Shown here: positions 43,312 to 53,433 of the stretch, in pieces
Position numbering within the stretch: the stretch's first letter is position 1
Layout: each line of letters starts with the position of its first letter
Assembly (NCBI GenBank): GCA_050173015.1
Contig: JBFXLE010000022.1
Span: 8,119-72,118, forward strand
From: Calditrichaceae bacterium
GTDB taxonomy: Bacteria > Calditrichota > Calditrichia > Calditrichales > JBFXGD01
Reading direction: 5' to 3'
DNA: 64,000 bases
Program-made: the position numbers and the translations under genes
The notes under the pieces: generated by a model
What the model saw: the letters and a program-made list of their open reading frames with translations, nothing else
Database searches by the model: none
Told to the model about the DNA's origin: nothing

Positions 43312-44937
43312 TTATTTTTCCAATTCATCCATATTGAGGACTAAAAATTCGACACGACGGTTTAAGGTTTTGCCATCGGCTGTTCTGTTGTCTGATAAAG
43401 GCATCGTCCTGCCAAAACCCTGTACTGATAAATTGGCCGGTATAATTTCAAGCGCGCGGCTGAGCAGGTATTCCCGCACAACTTTTGCCCGTTCTATACT
43501 GAGCTGCATGTTAAATTCATCGGTTCCATCCGCATCGGTATGACCTCTGATTTCAATCTTTAACTCGGGATGTTTCACAAGAATACGGCTTATTTCATGT
43601 AAAACTTCATAGGATTCCGGTTTAATGGTTGCCTTTCCGGGATCAAAGTATATTTTATGGACTCTCAACAATCCCTTCGTCAGCAGTTCAAGCTCCATTG
43701 GCGGAAGAGCGCGGCCTTTGGAATCGACTTTTGCGCCGGCAGCCGTGCGTGGTTCGAGATCTATGCCATCAGGAATACCGTCCCCGTCGCTGTCAATTGC
43801 TACGCCGCGGACATTCACGATTGCTCCGTTGGGTGAGTTTGGTTCCTGATCAATTCCGTCCGGAACACCGTCACCGTCCGAATCAATGGCCTTGCCCAGG
43901 CGGTCAACCAGCGCGCCTTTCGGAGTTTGCGGTTCCATATCAATGCCATCCGGCACCCCATCCAGATCAGAGTCCAGTGAACGGCCTCTCGAATCAACCG
44001 GCCAGCCTTTCGGAGTTTGAGAATCCAAATCCCTGGAATTTGGTATGCCGTCAAAGTCATCATCCGCGAGATAGGTCCGCGTTCCGAATGATATACCTAA
44101 TAAAATTCGCCAGTCTTCAGCGCGCGTTGGTGTCGCATCCTTTCTTTTTTCGGATAGTCTTAAATTAATCCCCAGACGTATCCCAAAATTTGATGCTGTT
44201 ACATATTGAACGCCCTGAGTGAAAATCAGCCTGTCTTGGAAAGGTTCAACCTTATCATCCATTTCTATGGCCGAATACAATTCACTAAAGCCTGTCCACC
44301 CGGGAGCAATACGGTACTCAAGCGCTGTGGAAGTAATTAACAAATCATCATCAACAATATCATCTCTCAACCCCTGCCATCTGTAAGCTTCATTGAAATG
44401 GAGTTTCCAGGACGGGCTGAACCGGTAGGTCTGAATCAGCATCGCCTCAATTCCGTATTCCTCATTGTCATAGGGATAACTGGGATGAATGGCAAAATCG
44501 GCTCCCATTGGCACATGAAAAGCCAGTCGGCCGGCCATATCGAAATTATCCGTATTTAACGGAACTTTATATTTCAGGCCAAGCCTTGCGGATCCAAATC
44601 CGCTCTGCAGATGATCCATGCGGTTATCTTCTTTATGAAGCACTCCCCGGCCGATGGTATAAAGAACACCTGAAAGTTCAAGCTCATCCGACATATCAAA
44701 TGTGAGAGTGCTCGTTCCGATAACTAATTCTTCAGTACCCGAAACTCCGGATAAATTTGTTGTGTTGTAAATACCGCTAAAATTTGCCCCGATAAAACCT
44801 CTGCCAAATGTTTCCGCGGTAAATGTATTAATAAAACCCCTTCCCCCTTCCTGGGCTGGAAATTGATCTTCCTGAGAAAACAAGTACACCGGCATAAAAA
44901 AAACTGCAGCAAACACAATCCCGATTAAAAACTTCAT
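43312..44937 (-). CDS. OmpA family outer membrane protein with thrombospondin type-3-like repeats
   Basis: Signal peptide, barrel-like N-terminal half, DSDGDGVPDGID repeats, OmpA_C (IRGHTDADG..N..LS..RA, NRRVEF). Confidence 0.9.
   Translation of the reverse strand: MKFLIGIVFAAVFFMPVYLFSQEDQFPAQEGGRGFINTFTAETFGRGFIGANFSGIYNTTNLSGVSGTEELVIGTSTLTFDMSDELELSGVLYTIGRGVLHKEDNRMDHLQSGFGSARLGLKYKVPLNTDNFDMAGRLAFHVPMGADFAIHPSYPYDNEEYGIEAMLIQTYRFSPSWKLHFNEAYRWQGLRDDIVDDDLLITSTALEYRIAPGWTGFSELYSAIEMDDKVEPFQDRLIFTQGVQYVTASNFGIRLGINLRLSEKRKDATPTRAEDWRILLGISFGTRTYLADDDFDGIPNSRDLDSQTPKGWPVDSRGRSLDSDLDGVPDGIDMEPQTPKGALVDRLGKAIDSDGDGVPDGIDQEPNSPNGAIVNVRGVAIDSDGDGIPDGIDLEPRTAAGAKVDSKGRALPPMELELLTKGLLRVHKIYFDPGKATIKPESYEVLHEISRILVKHPELKIEIRGHTDADGTDEFNMQLSIERAKVVREYLLSRALEIIPANLSVQGFGRTMPLSDNRTADGKTLNRRVEFLVLNMDELEK
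43705..44064 (-). repeat. Four intragenic 90-bp (30-aa) TSP3-like repeats
   Basis: D.D.DG(I/V)P...D..P.TP.G..V...G.A(L/I) pattern, four copies. Confidence 0.85.
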
Positions 44938-44988
44938 CTGAGCCCCCTTGTCAGTTTTGATTTGAACATCTGAACATTTGAATATCTG

Positions 44989-45003
44989 TCAATTCTCATG
45001 CCA
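44989..45003 (-). promoter_or_regulatory. Candidate sigma54 (-24/-12) promoter of the ompA-like gene
   Basis: TGGCATGAGAATTGA; same TGGCATG-N4-TTGA form as at 42670-42684. Confidence 0.6.
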
Positions 45004-45099
45004 ACAAAAAATGGGTTATATAAATCAGTTAAGTTGTTTTTTAATAAACACTTAAATAAATAAAAGATTTTGGGGTTTTTGAAATTTTTATCAGCGGGA

Positions 45100-45136
45100 T
45101 GTAAACAAGTTAGTCATCCTGATCTAAAGTGATACA
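45100..45136. promoter_or_regulatory. Candidate enhancer: two imperfect TGT-N11-ACA dyads
   Basis: TGTAAACAAGTTAGTCA (45100) and TGATCTAAAGTGATACA (45120), 20 bp apart. Confidence 0.45.
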
Positions 45137-45175
45137 AAAAGTGCGGCATAATGGAATCTGAACGTTGGGGGGAGC

Positions 45176-46600
45176 TTATTCATCCTTCATGATGATTACT
45201 TCATTTTTTATTCCGTATTTTTCAATTCTTTGATGAAGCATAACCCGTGAGATGCCGAGAATTTTTGAAGCTTTGACCTGATTTCCTCCGGTTTCTCTCA
45301 GTATTTGCAATATCAGATGTTTCTCCGCCTCCGACATGATCTGTTCATAGAGGACGCCGGTAAATTGCTCAATCTGTTCCTTCGAAACATTTTGCGGGAT
45401 ATATTCTTTTTTTGACTCTATTCGTGACGCCTGTTTAAATTCCTCTGTTATCAATTCATCGGGAATTACATTCCCCTTTGACAAAACGATAGCTCGTCTA
45501 ATGACATTTTCCAACTCGCGGATGTTTCCCGGCCAATGATACTGCCGTAGAGTTTCGAGTGAGCTATTTGAAAATTTGATTCCATCTTTTTGTTCCGCTT
45601 TACAGTGTTTTTCTAAAAAATATTCAGCCAAAGCGGGAATATCATTTTTTCTAAGACGCAGCGGCGGTAAGGTTATTGTGACAACTTTTATCCTGTAATA
45701 CAGATCATCCCTGAATCGGCCTTCTTCAATGGCTCGTTCCAGATTCCTGTTTGTAGCCGCGATCACACGTACATTTACTTTGATTGTCTGTTCCCCGCCC
45801 AATCTTTCAAAACTTCCTTCCTGGAGGACCCTAAGAATTTTCGCCTGTGTTGTAAGGGTCATATCACCTATTTCATCAAGAAAAATAATGCCCCCATCCG
45901 CCAGCTCGAATTTCCCTGTTTTACGCCGGTTTGCGCCGGTAAAAGCACCTTTTTCATATCCGAACAACTCGCTTTCAAGAAGCGTTTCCGGGATCGCGGC
46001 GCAGTTCACGGCTATAAACTGCTTATTTGTCCTGTTACTATGCTGATATATCGCGCGGGCGATTAATTCCTTGCCTGTTCCGCTCTCTCCCCTTAGAAGA
46101 ATATTTACGTCACTCGCTGCTACCCTGCCGATCAGTTTATAAACTTCCTGCATCACCGGACTGTTGCCAATGATAGTATCCGCGTTCCAGTCAGAGATTG
46201 ATGAATTTTCAAATTCTGATTGTATTTGATGTAAACGGCTAAATTCCAGCGCATCGGCGATTACTTTTTTCATGGCGGGTATATCAAACGGTTTCAGAAT
46301 ATAATCAAACGCGCCGGATTTTGTGGCATTAATCGCGGTTTCAGTATCACCGAACGCGGTCATGATCAGGGCGACAACTTTCGAATCAATTTCTTTTAGT
46401 TCCTTCAAAATCTCAATCCCGGATTTATCAGGCAGACGTACATCCAGGATAATCAAGTCATAGCTGTTGTCCCTGAATTTGGAAAGCGCCTCCGCGCCGT
46501 TTTTCGCCGCGTCAATATGATAATTATCCGAATTTAAAAATCGTTTGAATGAATACCGTACACTTTCCTCATCATCTACAACAAGTATCCGGTTAGTCAT
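45176..46600 (-). CDS. Sigma54-dependent response regulator (NtrC/AtoC family)
   Basis: Receiver, GESGTGKE, ESELFGYEKGAFTGA, WPGNIRELEN, Fis-type HTH GGNQVKASKILGISR. Confidence 0.95.
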   Translation of the reverse strand: MTNRILVVDDEESVRYSFKRFLNSDNYHIDAAKNGAEALSKFRDNSYDLIILDVRLPDKSGIEILKELKEIDSKVVALIMTAFGDTETAINATKSGAFDYILKPFDIPAMKKVIADALEFSRLHQIQSEFENSSISDWNADTIIGNSPVMQEVYKLIGRVAASDVNILLRGESGTGKELIARAIYQHSNRTNKQFIAVNCAAIPETLLESELFGYEKGAFTGANRRKTGKFELADGGIIFLDEIGDMTLTTQAKILRVLQEGSFERLGGEQTIKVNVRVIAATNRNLERAIEEGRFRDDLYYRIKVVTITLPPLRLRKNDIPALAEYFLEKHCKAEQKDGIKFSNSSLETLRQYHWPGNIRELENVIRRAIVLSKGNVIPDELITEEFKQASRIESKKEYIPQNVSKEQIEQFTGVLYEQIMSEAEKHLILQILRETGGNQVKASKILGISRVMLHQRIEKYGIKNEVIIMKDE

Positions 46601-48091
46601 TTATTTTACCCTCCTGTACGGTAAGACGATGGTGAACATGGCGCCTGATCCCTTATTATTTTCAGCTTCTATTCTCCCGCCGTGATTGGTTATAATCTGA
46701 TACGCGATTGAGAGTCCCAATCCCGTACCATCCTCCCGGCCCGTGACAAACGGATCAAAGATAGTATCCATCAGATCATTCGGTATCCCTTTACCGTTAT
46801 CCGCTATGGTAATCTCCACACTTTCCTTATCCGGTCCATCATCTTTTATGATCTTTGTCCCGAGAAATAATTTGCCGCCTTCGGGCATGGCTGAAACAGC
46901 GTTTTGAATAATATTCAGAAAGACCTGCCGCATCTGTTGCTTGTCCGCGAATATATTGACGTCTTTAGCAGTTCGCGCGGCCGATAGCGAAATTTTCGCG
47001 TTTTTAAGCTGAGTAGCCATCAATTTTAAGGTTTGTTCTATAATTTCATTCACATCCACATTGGCAAATTCGGGTCTTGGCGGCCGGGCAAAATCAAGAA
47101 ATTCCTGAAGAAAATGTTCCATACGCAGGATTTCTTTTAATATCACCTGAAAATCTTTATTCAGGCCGGTATCATTCCGCATTTCATCCTTCATAGAAAA
47201 GACAAGCATTTTAATGGCTGTGAGCGGATTCCGAATTTCATGGGCCAGGCCGGCGGAAATTTTACCGAGTGCCGCGAACCGCTCCGAACGCTCAAGCATG
47301 GCGCGGCTTTTCACCAGATCTGTGTTTATCTCATAAACCTTATTGATGAGTGAACGGACCGAATGATCCAGATGATCCAATTCAGTACCATTTGAAATAT
47401 CTACTTTTTCTACGATATCAGTGTCCGTTGCTCCCCGCACCTTCAAAACGAGTTCATAAATGGGATGAGTAATGCTGCGCGCGAGAAATCCCCCCAACCC
47501 TAATCCGATCAGAATCCCAAGAATTCCCATACCGTACATGATCGTATTTACCGTTTTGTTATCCCGTTCGATCAGCATACCGGTGTTGTACATCATTTTT
47601 TCATTAACAAAGAGTAATTCTTCACATTTTTCAAAAATGAGATCAAAATAACTTTTCATCGGTCCGGTCAAAATTTCGTAGGCGTGCGCCGTATCATTCC
47701 GTTGATAATGAATCACCACCTGTTTCTGATAATCCGTATATGTCTTGAACAATACTTCAATTTCATCGAGAATATTTTCTTCATATTTCGTGTGGGTCAG
47801 ATTTCGCGCCGTTATGAACCATTCCATAAACAAGGATTGTTTATCTTTGAAAACCTCAAGCCAGGACAAATTGCCGTCAAGCAGATAATATGATGTATGC
47901 CCTTTCATATCCAATAGCGCTATTTCCAGCTCCTCCGCCGCTTTAAGGCTGGATACGTTTTCAGCAAGTATTCTACTTGTCCCGCGCTGCATCCTGTTAG
48001 TGTAAAAACTTGCAAATAAGCCGAGAACTATAAGAAGACCGCTCATCAGTAAAAAGCCGGTTATCATCCTGGGGCGTATTCTTAACTTCAA
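46601..48091 (-). CDS. Sensor histidine kinase with periplasmic four-helix-bundle sensor
   Basis: Two TMs, AHEIRNPL, NIIQNA, DNGKG, FDPF, GTGLGL; abuts the regulator gene. Confidence 0.93.
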   Translation of the reverse strand: MKLRIRPRMITGFLLMSGLLIVLGLFASFYTNRMQRGTSRILAENVSSLKAAEELEIALLDMKGHTSYYLLDGNLSWLEVFKDKQSLFMEWFITARNLTHTKYEENILDEIEVLFKTYTDYQKQVVIHYQRNDTAHAYEILTGPMKSYFDLIFEKCEELLFVNEKMMYNTGMLIERDNKTVNTIMYGMGILGILIGLGLGGFLARSITHPIYELVLKVRGATDTDIVEKVDISNGTELDHLDHSVRSLINKVYEINTDLVKSRAMLERSERFAALGKISAGLAHEIRNPLTAIKMLVFSMKDEMRNDTGLNKDFQVILKEILRMEHFLQEFLDFARPPRPEFANVDVNEIIEQTLKLMATQLKNAKISLSAARTAKDVNIFADKQQMRQVFLNIIQNAVSAMPEGGKLFLGTKIIKDDGPDKESVEITIADNGKGIPNDLMDTIFDPFVTGREDGTGLGLSIAYQIITNHGGRIEAENNKGSGAMFTIVLPYRRVK

Positions 48092-48388
48092 AAGAAATCG
48101 TTTCTCCGTGACCTGGTTAAAATATCAACTATATTTCGGTGATACACACATATTTTAAAAAGATTTCTGGTGATATGAAACAAAATTCAACCACAGTGAT
48201 GATCTGATCGGATTAAATTTCCTTTATACTCGGAGTCGATTACTTTTAAATAATTATGAATTTTATATATTTCGTATCCAAAATTTGATTATGAAACGAA
48301 CTCACAGTATATATATTGATGTTATTTTGTTTAAAAATGATTAATTTAGACAGATCATACGCAAAAATAAGTAATAAGGAGTTATCCG

Positions 48389-48889
48389 ATGACACCCAAA
48401 AAACCGGAAACGCTCAGCAGCTGGAATATTGTTTTTCCAAATGACGCTAACGCCCTTGGAACCATGTTCGGCGGGCGGCTTATGGCTATAATGGACGAAA
48501 TGGCCGGGATCGCCGCCTTAAGATACGCGGAAAAACCGGTGGTTACCGCTTCCACCGAGGCCATTATTTTCAAGCTTCCGGTGCGTATCGGCGACAGGAT
48601 TGAAACAACAGCCCGGGTCGTCTGGGTTGGCAGGAGCTCCCTGGTCATAAAACTGGATGTCTATGCTGAAAATCCCACGATGGGCCGCGCGCGTCAGCTT
48701 TGCACAACCGCCCATTTCAATTTCGTCGCTCTTGATGAAAAAGGCAAACCATCGGCAGTCGCGCCGCTAGATATTATTACTGAAGCCGACAAAAAGGAAT
48801 ATCAAATCGCTGAGATCGTAAAGAAAAATGCCCTTTCCCGAAAAAATGAGATTGATCAAATGCATACAGGTTCTTTTGATGAGCGCTAA
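48389..48889 (+). CDS. Acyl-CoA thioesterase (hotdog fold)
   Basis: VFPNDANALGTMFGG..MDE, VVTAS, VGRSS, FVALDE.GKP. Confidence 0.9.
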   Translation: MTPKKPETLSSWNIVFPNDANALGTMFGGRLMAIMDEMAGIAALRYAEKPVVTASTEAIIFKLPVRIGDRIETTARVVWVGRSSLVIKLDVYAENPTMGRARQLCTTAHFNFVALDEKGKPSAVAPLDIITEADKKEYQIAEIVKKNALSRKNEIDQMHTGSFDER

Positions 48890-49027
48890 AGTAAACCAGC
48901 ATAAAAATCGATTGTACAAGTGAATTAATTATTTTTTTTCGACGGATTAAATAAATCAGCAATTAATCCGATAATTGTGATCGGATTCAAATATAACAAG
49001 TTATTTGATAATAACCGGGTTTTATTA

Positions 49028-51844
49028 ATGAGTGAAGAACGCTTACAAAAAAAAATCGAAGAATTACGGAAAATAATTGCCGATAAAGAGAAACAGTTAG
49101 TCGATTTACAAAAGAACGAGACTAAATTTCGGGAAATATTCAATAAAGCCAATGACAGTATATTTTTATGGGAAATTGATGAATATGGAATGCCCGGCAA
49201 GTGTATTGAGGTAAATGAGATTGCCTGTGAAAGTCTTGGATACACCCGAAATGAAATCCTCAGCATGACCGCTCTTGAAATTAAGAGCATGGATTCCATA
49301 GAAAAAATACCATCAATCATGGAAGAGCTTCACCGAAACTCCCGGGTGAATTTCATTATAGACAATAAAAGCAAAGATGGGCATTCAATTCCCGTAGAAA
49401 TTAACTCTCATATTTTTGAGCTGGATAATAAAAAAGTTATACTTTCCATAACACGTGACCTGAGTGAACGGTCAAGAGCCGAAGAGGCGCTGAGAATAAG
49501 TGAAGAGCGTCTGAAATTCGCTCTTGACGGGACAAAAGCGGGGTTATGGGACTGGAACATTTCCACCGGAGAAATATTCTACAGCAGGCAGTGGTCCGAG
49601 ATGCTCGGTTACAAACCCGAGGATATGAAACAAAAAGAAAGCTTCTGGGAATCCCTTGTTCATCCTGATGACTATCAAAATGTGGCCGGTCTTCTCAAGA
49701 ATCATCTCAACGGAAATTCTGATCAGTATGCTGCCGAATATCGCCTCCTTACCAAAAGTGGAGATTGGAAGTGGATACTTGACAGCGGAAAAGTGGTTGA
49801 ACGTGATGATAACGGGAAACCCGTGCGCGCAGTGGGAACCCACCTTGATATAAGCCAGCGAAAAATGAATGAAGAGCAAATTTTACAATCCGAATATAAA
49901 TTCAAGGCTATATTTGATTACGCCAATGACGCTATTTTTCTGATGGACGGAGAAAAATTTGTCGATTGCAATCAAAAGACCATTGAAATTTTCGGGTATA
50001 GTAAAGAAGAAATTCTGGGGAAGAAACCCTATGAATTATCACCATTGTTGCAGCCGAACGGCGAGGATTCGAAACAGGCGGCCAAAGCGAAAATTCAGGA
50101 GGCCCTTGCGGGCAACCCGCAGTTTTTCGAATGGACCCATCAGAAAAACGACAAATCATATATAGAGGTCGAAGTCAGCCTAAACCGGATAACCGTAAAT
50201 GGCAAAACACTAATTCAGGCGATTGTTCACGACATTACCAATCGTAAGGAAGCTGAAAGAGCGCTTTATGAAAGAACCATGCAGTACGAAAGTTTTATAC
50301 GAAACAGCCTGGTCGGCATCTGGCGGGTTGAATTTAAACAACCCATCCCCATCACTCTTCCGGACAGGGAAATTGCCGAACGGATTTTATCCAACGGCTA
50401 TTTTTCCGAATGCAATGACGCCTTTTTGGAAATGTACCATTCAGATTCAAGGGATGATTTTATAGGCCGCCCTATCCGCAGCGGCAGCGTGGATAATGAA
50501 AAATCTTTAAAACGCCTCGAGTTCTTTGTGAAAAACGGATTTAAAATTGTTCTCATCGACAATGAGGAATATGATAAAAACGGGAAATTAAAATATTTCC
50601 GAAATTCTTATATCGGTTTTGTTGAAGAAGAGTATTTGCTTTGGATGTGGGGCGTCCAGATAGACATCACCGAACAGCGCAGACTCGAAACCCAATTCAG
50701 GCAATCACAGAAAATGGAAGCGGTGGGGATGCTCGCGGGAGGTATCGCCCATGACTTCAATAACCTTCTGACCGTAATCAATGGATACAGCGAGATCATA
50801 CTCAGCCGGATAGATAATGACAATCCTATTCATAAACATATCAATTCCATAAAAACAGCCGGAGAAAGGGCGGCGACCCTGACCGGACAACTTCTTGCCT
50901 TCAGCAGAAAACAGATTCTTCAACCAAAAGTTTTAAATTTGAATACAATCGTCCGGAATCTTGAAAAAATGCTTAAACGGCTCATCCGTGAAGATATTAC
51001 ACTGACAACAAAACTTTTCCCGTCTCTGTGGAGCATCAAATCAGATCCGGGCCAGCTTGAACAAATACTGATCAATCTTATCGTCAACGCCCGTGATGCC
51101 ATGCCGGACGGCGGTAGTTTAACAATCACGACTAATAATGTTGAGCTTGATGAAATATTTGTTGATTTGCATCCCGGATCAAAAATCGGGTCTTTTGTGG
51201 TGCTTTCTGTTCAGGATAACGGTATCGGTATTGACAAAGAGACACAATTAAGAATATTCGAACCTTTTTTTACTACCAAGGAAAAAGCGACCAGCACCGG
51301 CCTGGGTTTAGCGACAGTATATGGAATAGTGAAACAGAGTAATGGCTATATATCAGTTGACAGCGAGCCCGGAAAAGGAAGTACTTTTAGTATGTACCTG
51401 CCTCGTGTAACGGGTGGAAATTCTGAAGATATTACAGATAAGGCTGAGATAGATGTCAGTTTTAAGGATCTGAATGGCACCGAGACGATTCTGGTAGTTG
51501 AGGACGAAGAAAGAGTTTTACAAGTGGTTAGTGATACTCTGAGTGCTTTAGGCTATACAGTTTTGGAAGCTGCCAACGGCGATCACGCGAGCTTTATATT
51601 CGAAGAAACCGACGGACCGATTGATCTTATACTCACCGATGTTATTATGCCAAAATTGAATGGACAGGAATTAGTCGAACTCCTTCAATCCAGCCGCCCT
51701 GATCTAAAAGTTTTATTCATGTCAGGTTATACCGATGACGCTATCCTGCAACATGGAGTTTTGAAGAAGAACACAAATTTTATACATAAGCCATTCACCC
51801 CGAAGGAGCTGGCTTTGAAAGTCAGAAATGTACTGGACAATTAG
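49028..51844 (+). CDS. Multi-PAS hybrid histidine kinase/response regulator
   Basis: About four PAS/PAC domains, QKMEAVG.LAGGIAHDFNNLL, NARDAM, TGLGL, C-terminal receiver. Confidence 0.93.
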   Translation: MSEERLQKKIEELRKIIADKEKQLVDLQKNETKFREIFNKANDSIFLWEIDEYGMPGKCIEVNEIACESLGYTRNEILSMTALEIKSMDSIEKIPSIMEELHRNSRVNFIIDNKSKDGHSIPVEINSHIFELDNKKVILSITRDLSERSRAEEALRISEERLKFALDGTKAGLWDWNISTGEIFYSRQWSEMLGYKPEDMKQKESFWESLVHPDDYQNVAGLLKNHLNGNSDQYAAEYRLLTKSGDWKWILDSGKVVERDDNGKPVRAVGTHLDISQRKMNEEQILQSEYKFKAIFDYANDAIFLMDGEKFVDCNQKTIEIFGYSKEEILGKKPYELSPLLQPNGEDSKQAAKAKIQEALAGNPQFFEWTHQKNDKSYIEVEVSLNRITVNGKTLIQAIVHDITNRKEAERALYERTMQYESFIRNSLVGIWRVEFKQPIPITLPDREIAERILSNGYFSECNDAFLEMYHSDSRDDFIGRPIRSGSVDNEKSLKRLEFFVKNGFKIVLIDNEEYDKNGKLKYFRNSYIGFVEEEYLLWMWGVQIDITEQRRLETQFRQSQKMEAVGMLAGGIAHDFNNLLTVINGYSEIILSRIDNDNPIHKHINSIKTAGERAATLTGQLLAFSRKQILQPKVLNLNTIVRNLEKMLKRLIREDITLTTKLFPSLWSIKSDPGQLEQILINLIVNARDAMPDGGSLTITTNNVELDEIFVDLHPGSKIGSFVVLSVQDNGIGIDKETQLRIFEPFFTTKEKATSTGLGLATVYGIVKQSNGYISVDSEPGKGSTFSMYLPRVTGGNSEDITDKAEIDVSFKDLNGTETILVVEDEERVLQVVSDTLSALGYTVLEAANGDHASFIFEETDGPIDLILTDVIMPKLNGQELVELLQSSRPDLKVLFMSGYTDDAILQHGVLKKNTNFIHKPFTPKELALKVRNVLDN

Positions 51845-51864
51845 TTCTTTTTATGTGAGATCTA

Positions 51865-52548
51865 TTATTTGGACCGGTTTCCACTTTCAATATTTTTCAA
51901 TAATAGCTCCGCTTCTTCTGATTCACCGATGTAAGTAAACAGATGTCGTCCGATGTGAGAAATATTTATGCGTTTATCATTTCCAAACGGTCCTGAAAAA
52001 CATTCATCCAGCTTTTGAATAATCTCTCTTTCATTTTGACACTCATACACCTGTCTGGCAAGAAATTCCGCGTCATCTCTAATGACCTGATCGTCAAAAC
52101 CATCATATTTACTGTAATGGGAATAAATACTGCTGTGGAGAAAATTTAATCTGAAATAGGCGTACACATTAAACGGCGCGGAAATTTTTTTCATCTGTTC
52201 AGAAGAGATAACAGAAAATGGAACGTGCAGTCTTTCATTTTTAGACAAGTGATCATAATGGGTATTTTGACTTGCCCCCGGATTTCCGGTATCATACAGA
52301 TAATGCAGACCAAGAAAGGCTTCCCATACCTCAATCCAGTTTTTCCGGTTGATCATATAATTAAAAAAAATAGATTTCAGATCCATTAACAACATCTCAT
52401 CCGAAATTTTATCCGCGAGCTCCCGCAGTCCATATCCGTTGTTAAATGATCCTTCTCTTAAATATTTTCGTATGACTCTTGCATAGATTACTTCCATATT
52501 CCCGGAATTCAAATCTTCCTCCGTTTCGTATCCATGAAACGCAATCAT
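51865..52548 (-). CDS. Hypothetical protein
   Basis: 227-aa ORF with GGAG upstream; no recognised motif. Confidence 0.6.
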   Translation of the reverse strand: MIAFHGYETEEDLNSGNMEVIYARVIRKYLREGSFNNGYGLRELADKISDEMLLMDLKSIFFNYMINRKNWIEVWEAFLGLHYLYDTGNPGASQNTHYDHLSKNERLHVPFSVISSEQMKKISAPFNVYAYFRLNFLHSSIYSHYSKYDGFDDQVIRDDAEFLARQVYECQNEREIIQKLDECFSGPFGNDKRINISHIGRHLFTYIGESEEAELLLKNIESGNRSK

Positions 52549-52916
52549 CCTTTTAACTCCAAAAACACCAGGTAAATCAACGAAAAAAAGACCGCTAAAA
52601 TAACGGAGAACGTTAATCCGGTTCTCCGTCCCCGCGGCAAATCTCTTTCAGTATAATATATCTACTATTATTTCAGCACGTGTGATGATAGTCAATTATC
52701 TAGAAGAATCTTATTATATCATCGTTGCATAGAAATCAAGAAAGTAATAAATTGAACGGATCAGAATTCAATTATCGCGGTGCGGATATTTAAGATTCCG
52801 GTCAGTTATGCCCGCGACTGAACAATATTTTATATTCTGCTAATGGAGCGCAGATATATGTCGATTTATTATGCTATTAACTATGATTTGCAAAGTATAG
52901 GTTTCATGGAGGCGAC

Positions 52917-53294
52917 ATGATTAAAATTCTTGTAATAGATGATGAAGAGTCAATATGCTGGATTACCAAAAAAATGCTGGAAGATCTCGGAAAGTACAGA
53001 GTGGTGTTTGCCACCAGCGGTAAATCGGGTCTAAAGGCCGCCAAAAGCGAATCACCCGATTTGATACTTCTTGATATTGAGATGGATGACATGAGCGGCC
53101 TCGATGTGCTGAAAGTACTCCGGAAAAAGAAAAAAACAAAGGAAATTCCGGTGATAATGGTGACCGGGGTTGACGCTCCCGAAGCTATGGAAGAAGCGAG
53201 TTATGACTACGCGGAACAATATCTCTTAAAACCGATAAAAGTCGAAGAGCTTGATGAAGCAATCGAGCGCTCTCTATCCTATCAGCAAAGGTAG
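52917..53294 (+). CDS. Single-domain response regulator
   Basis: GGAGG RBS; IDDE, LLD, VT, KP. Confidence 0.9.
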   Translation: MIKILVIDDEESICWITKKMLEDLGKYRVVFATSGKSGLKAAKSESPDLILLDIEMDDMSGLDVLKVLRKKKKTKEIPVIMVTGVDAPEAMEEASYDYAEQYLLKPIKVEELDEAIERSLSYQQR

Positions 53295-53433
53295 GCCTTA
53301 ATAATTCCATCTGGCAGACTATCTGTCTTACTTACTGAAATAAATATCTTTTAAATACGAATTATATTTTCTTATCGTTATCCAATATCCAGCGGACTAT
53401 GCGTTATCTGAATAATAACCGGGTTAAAGTTTG

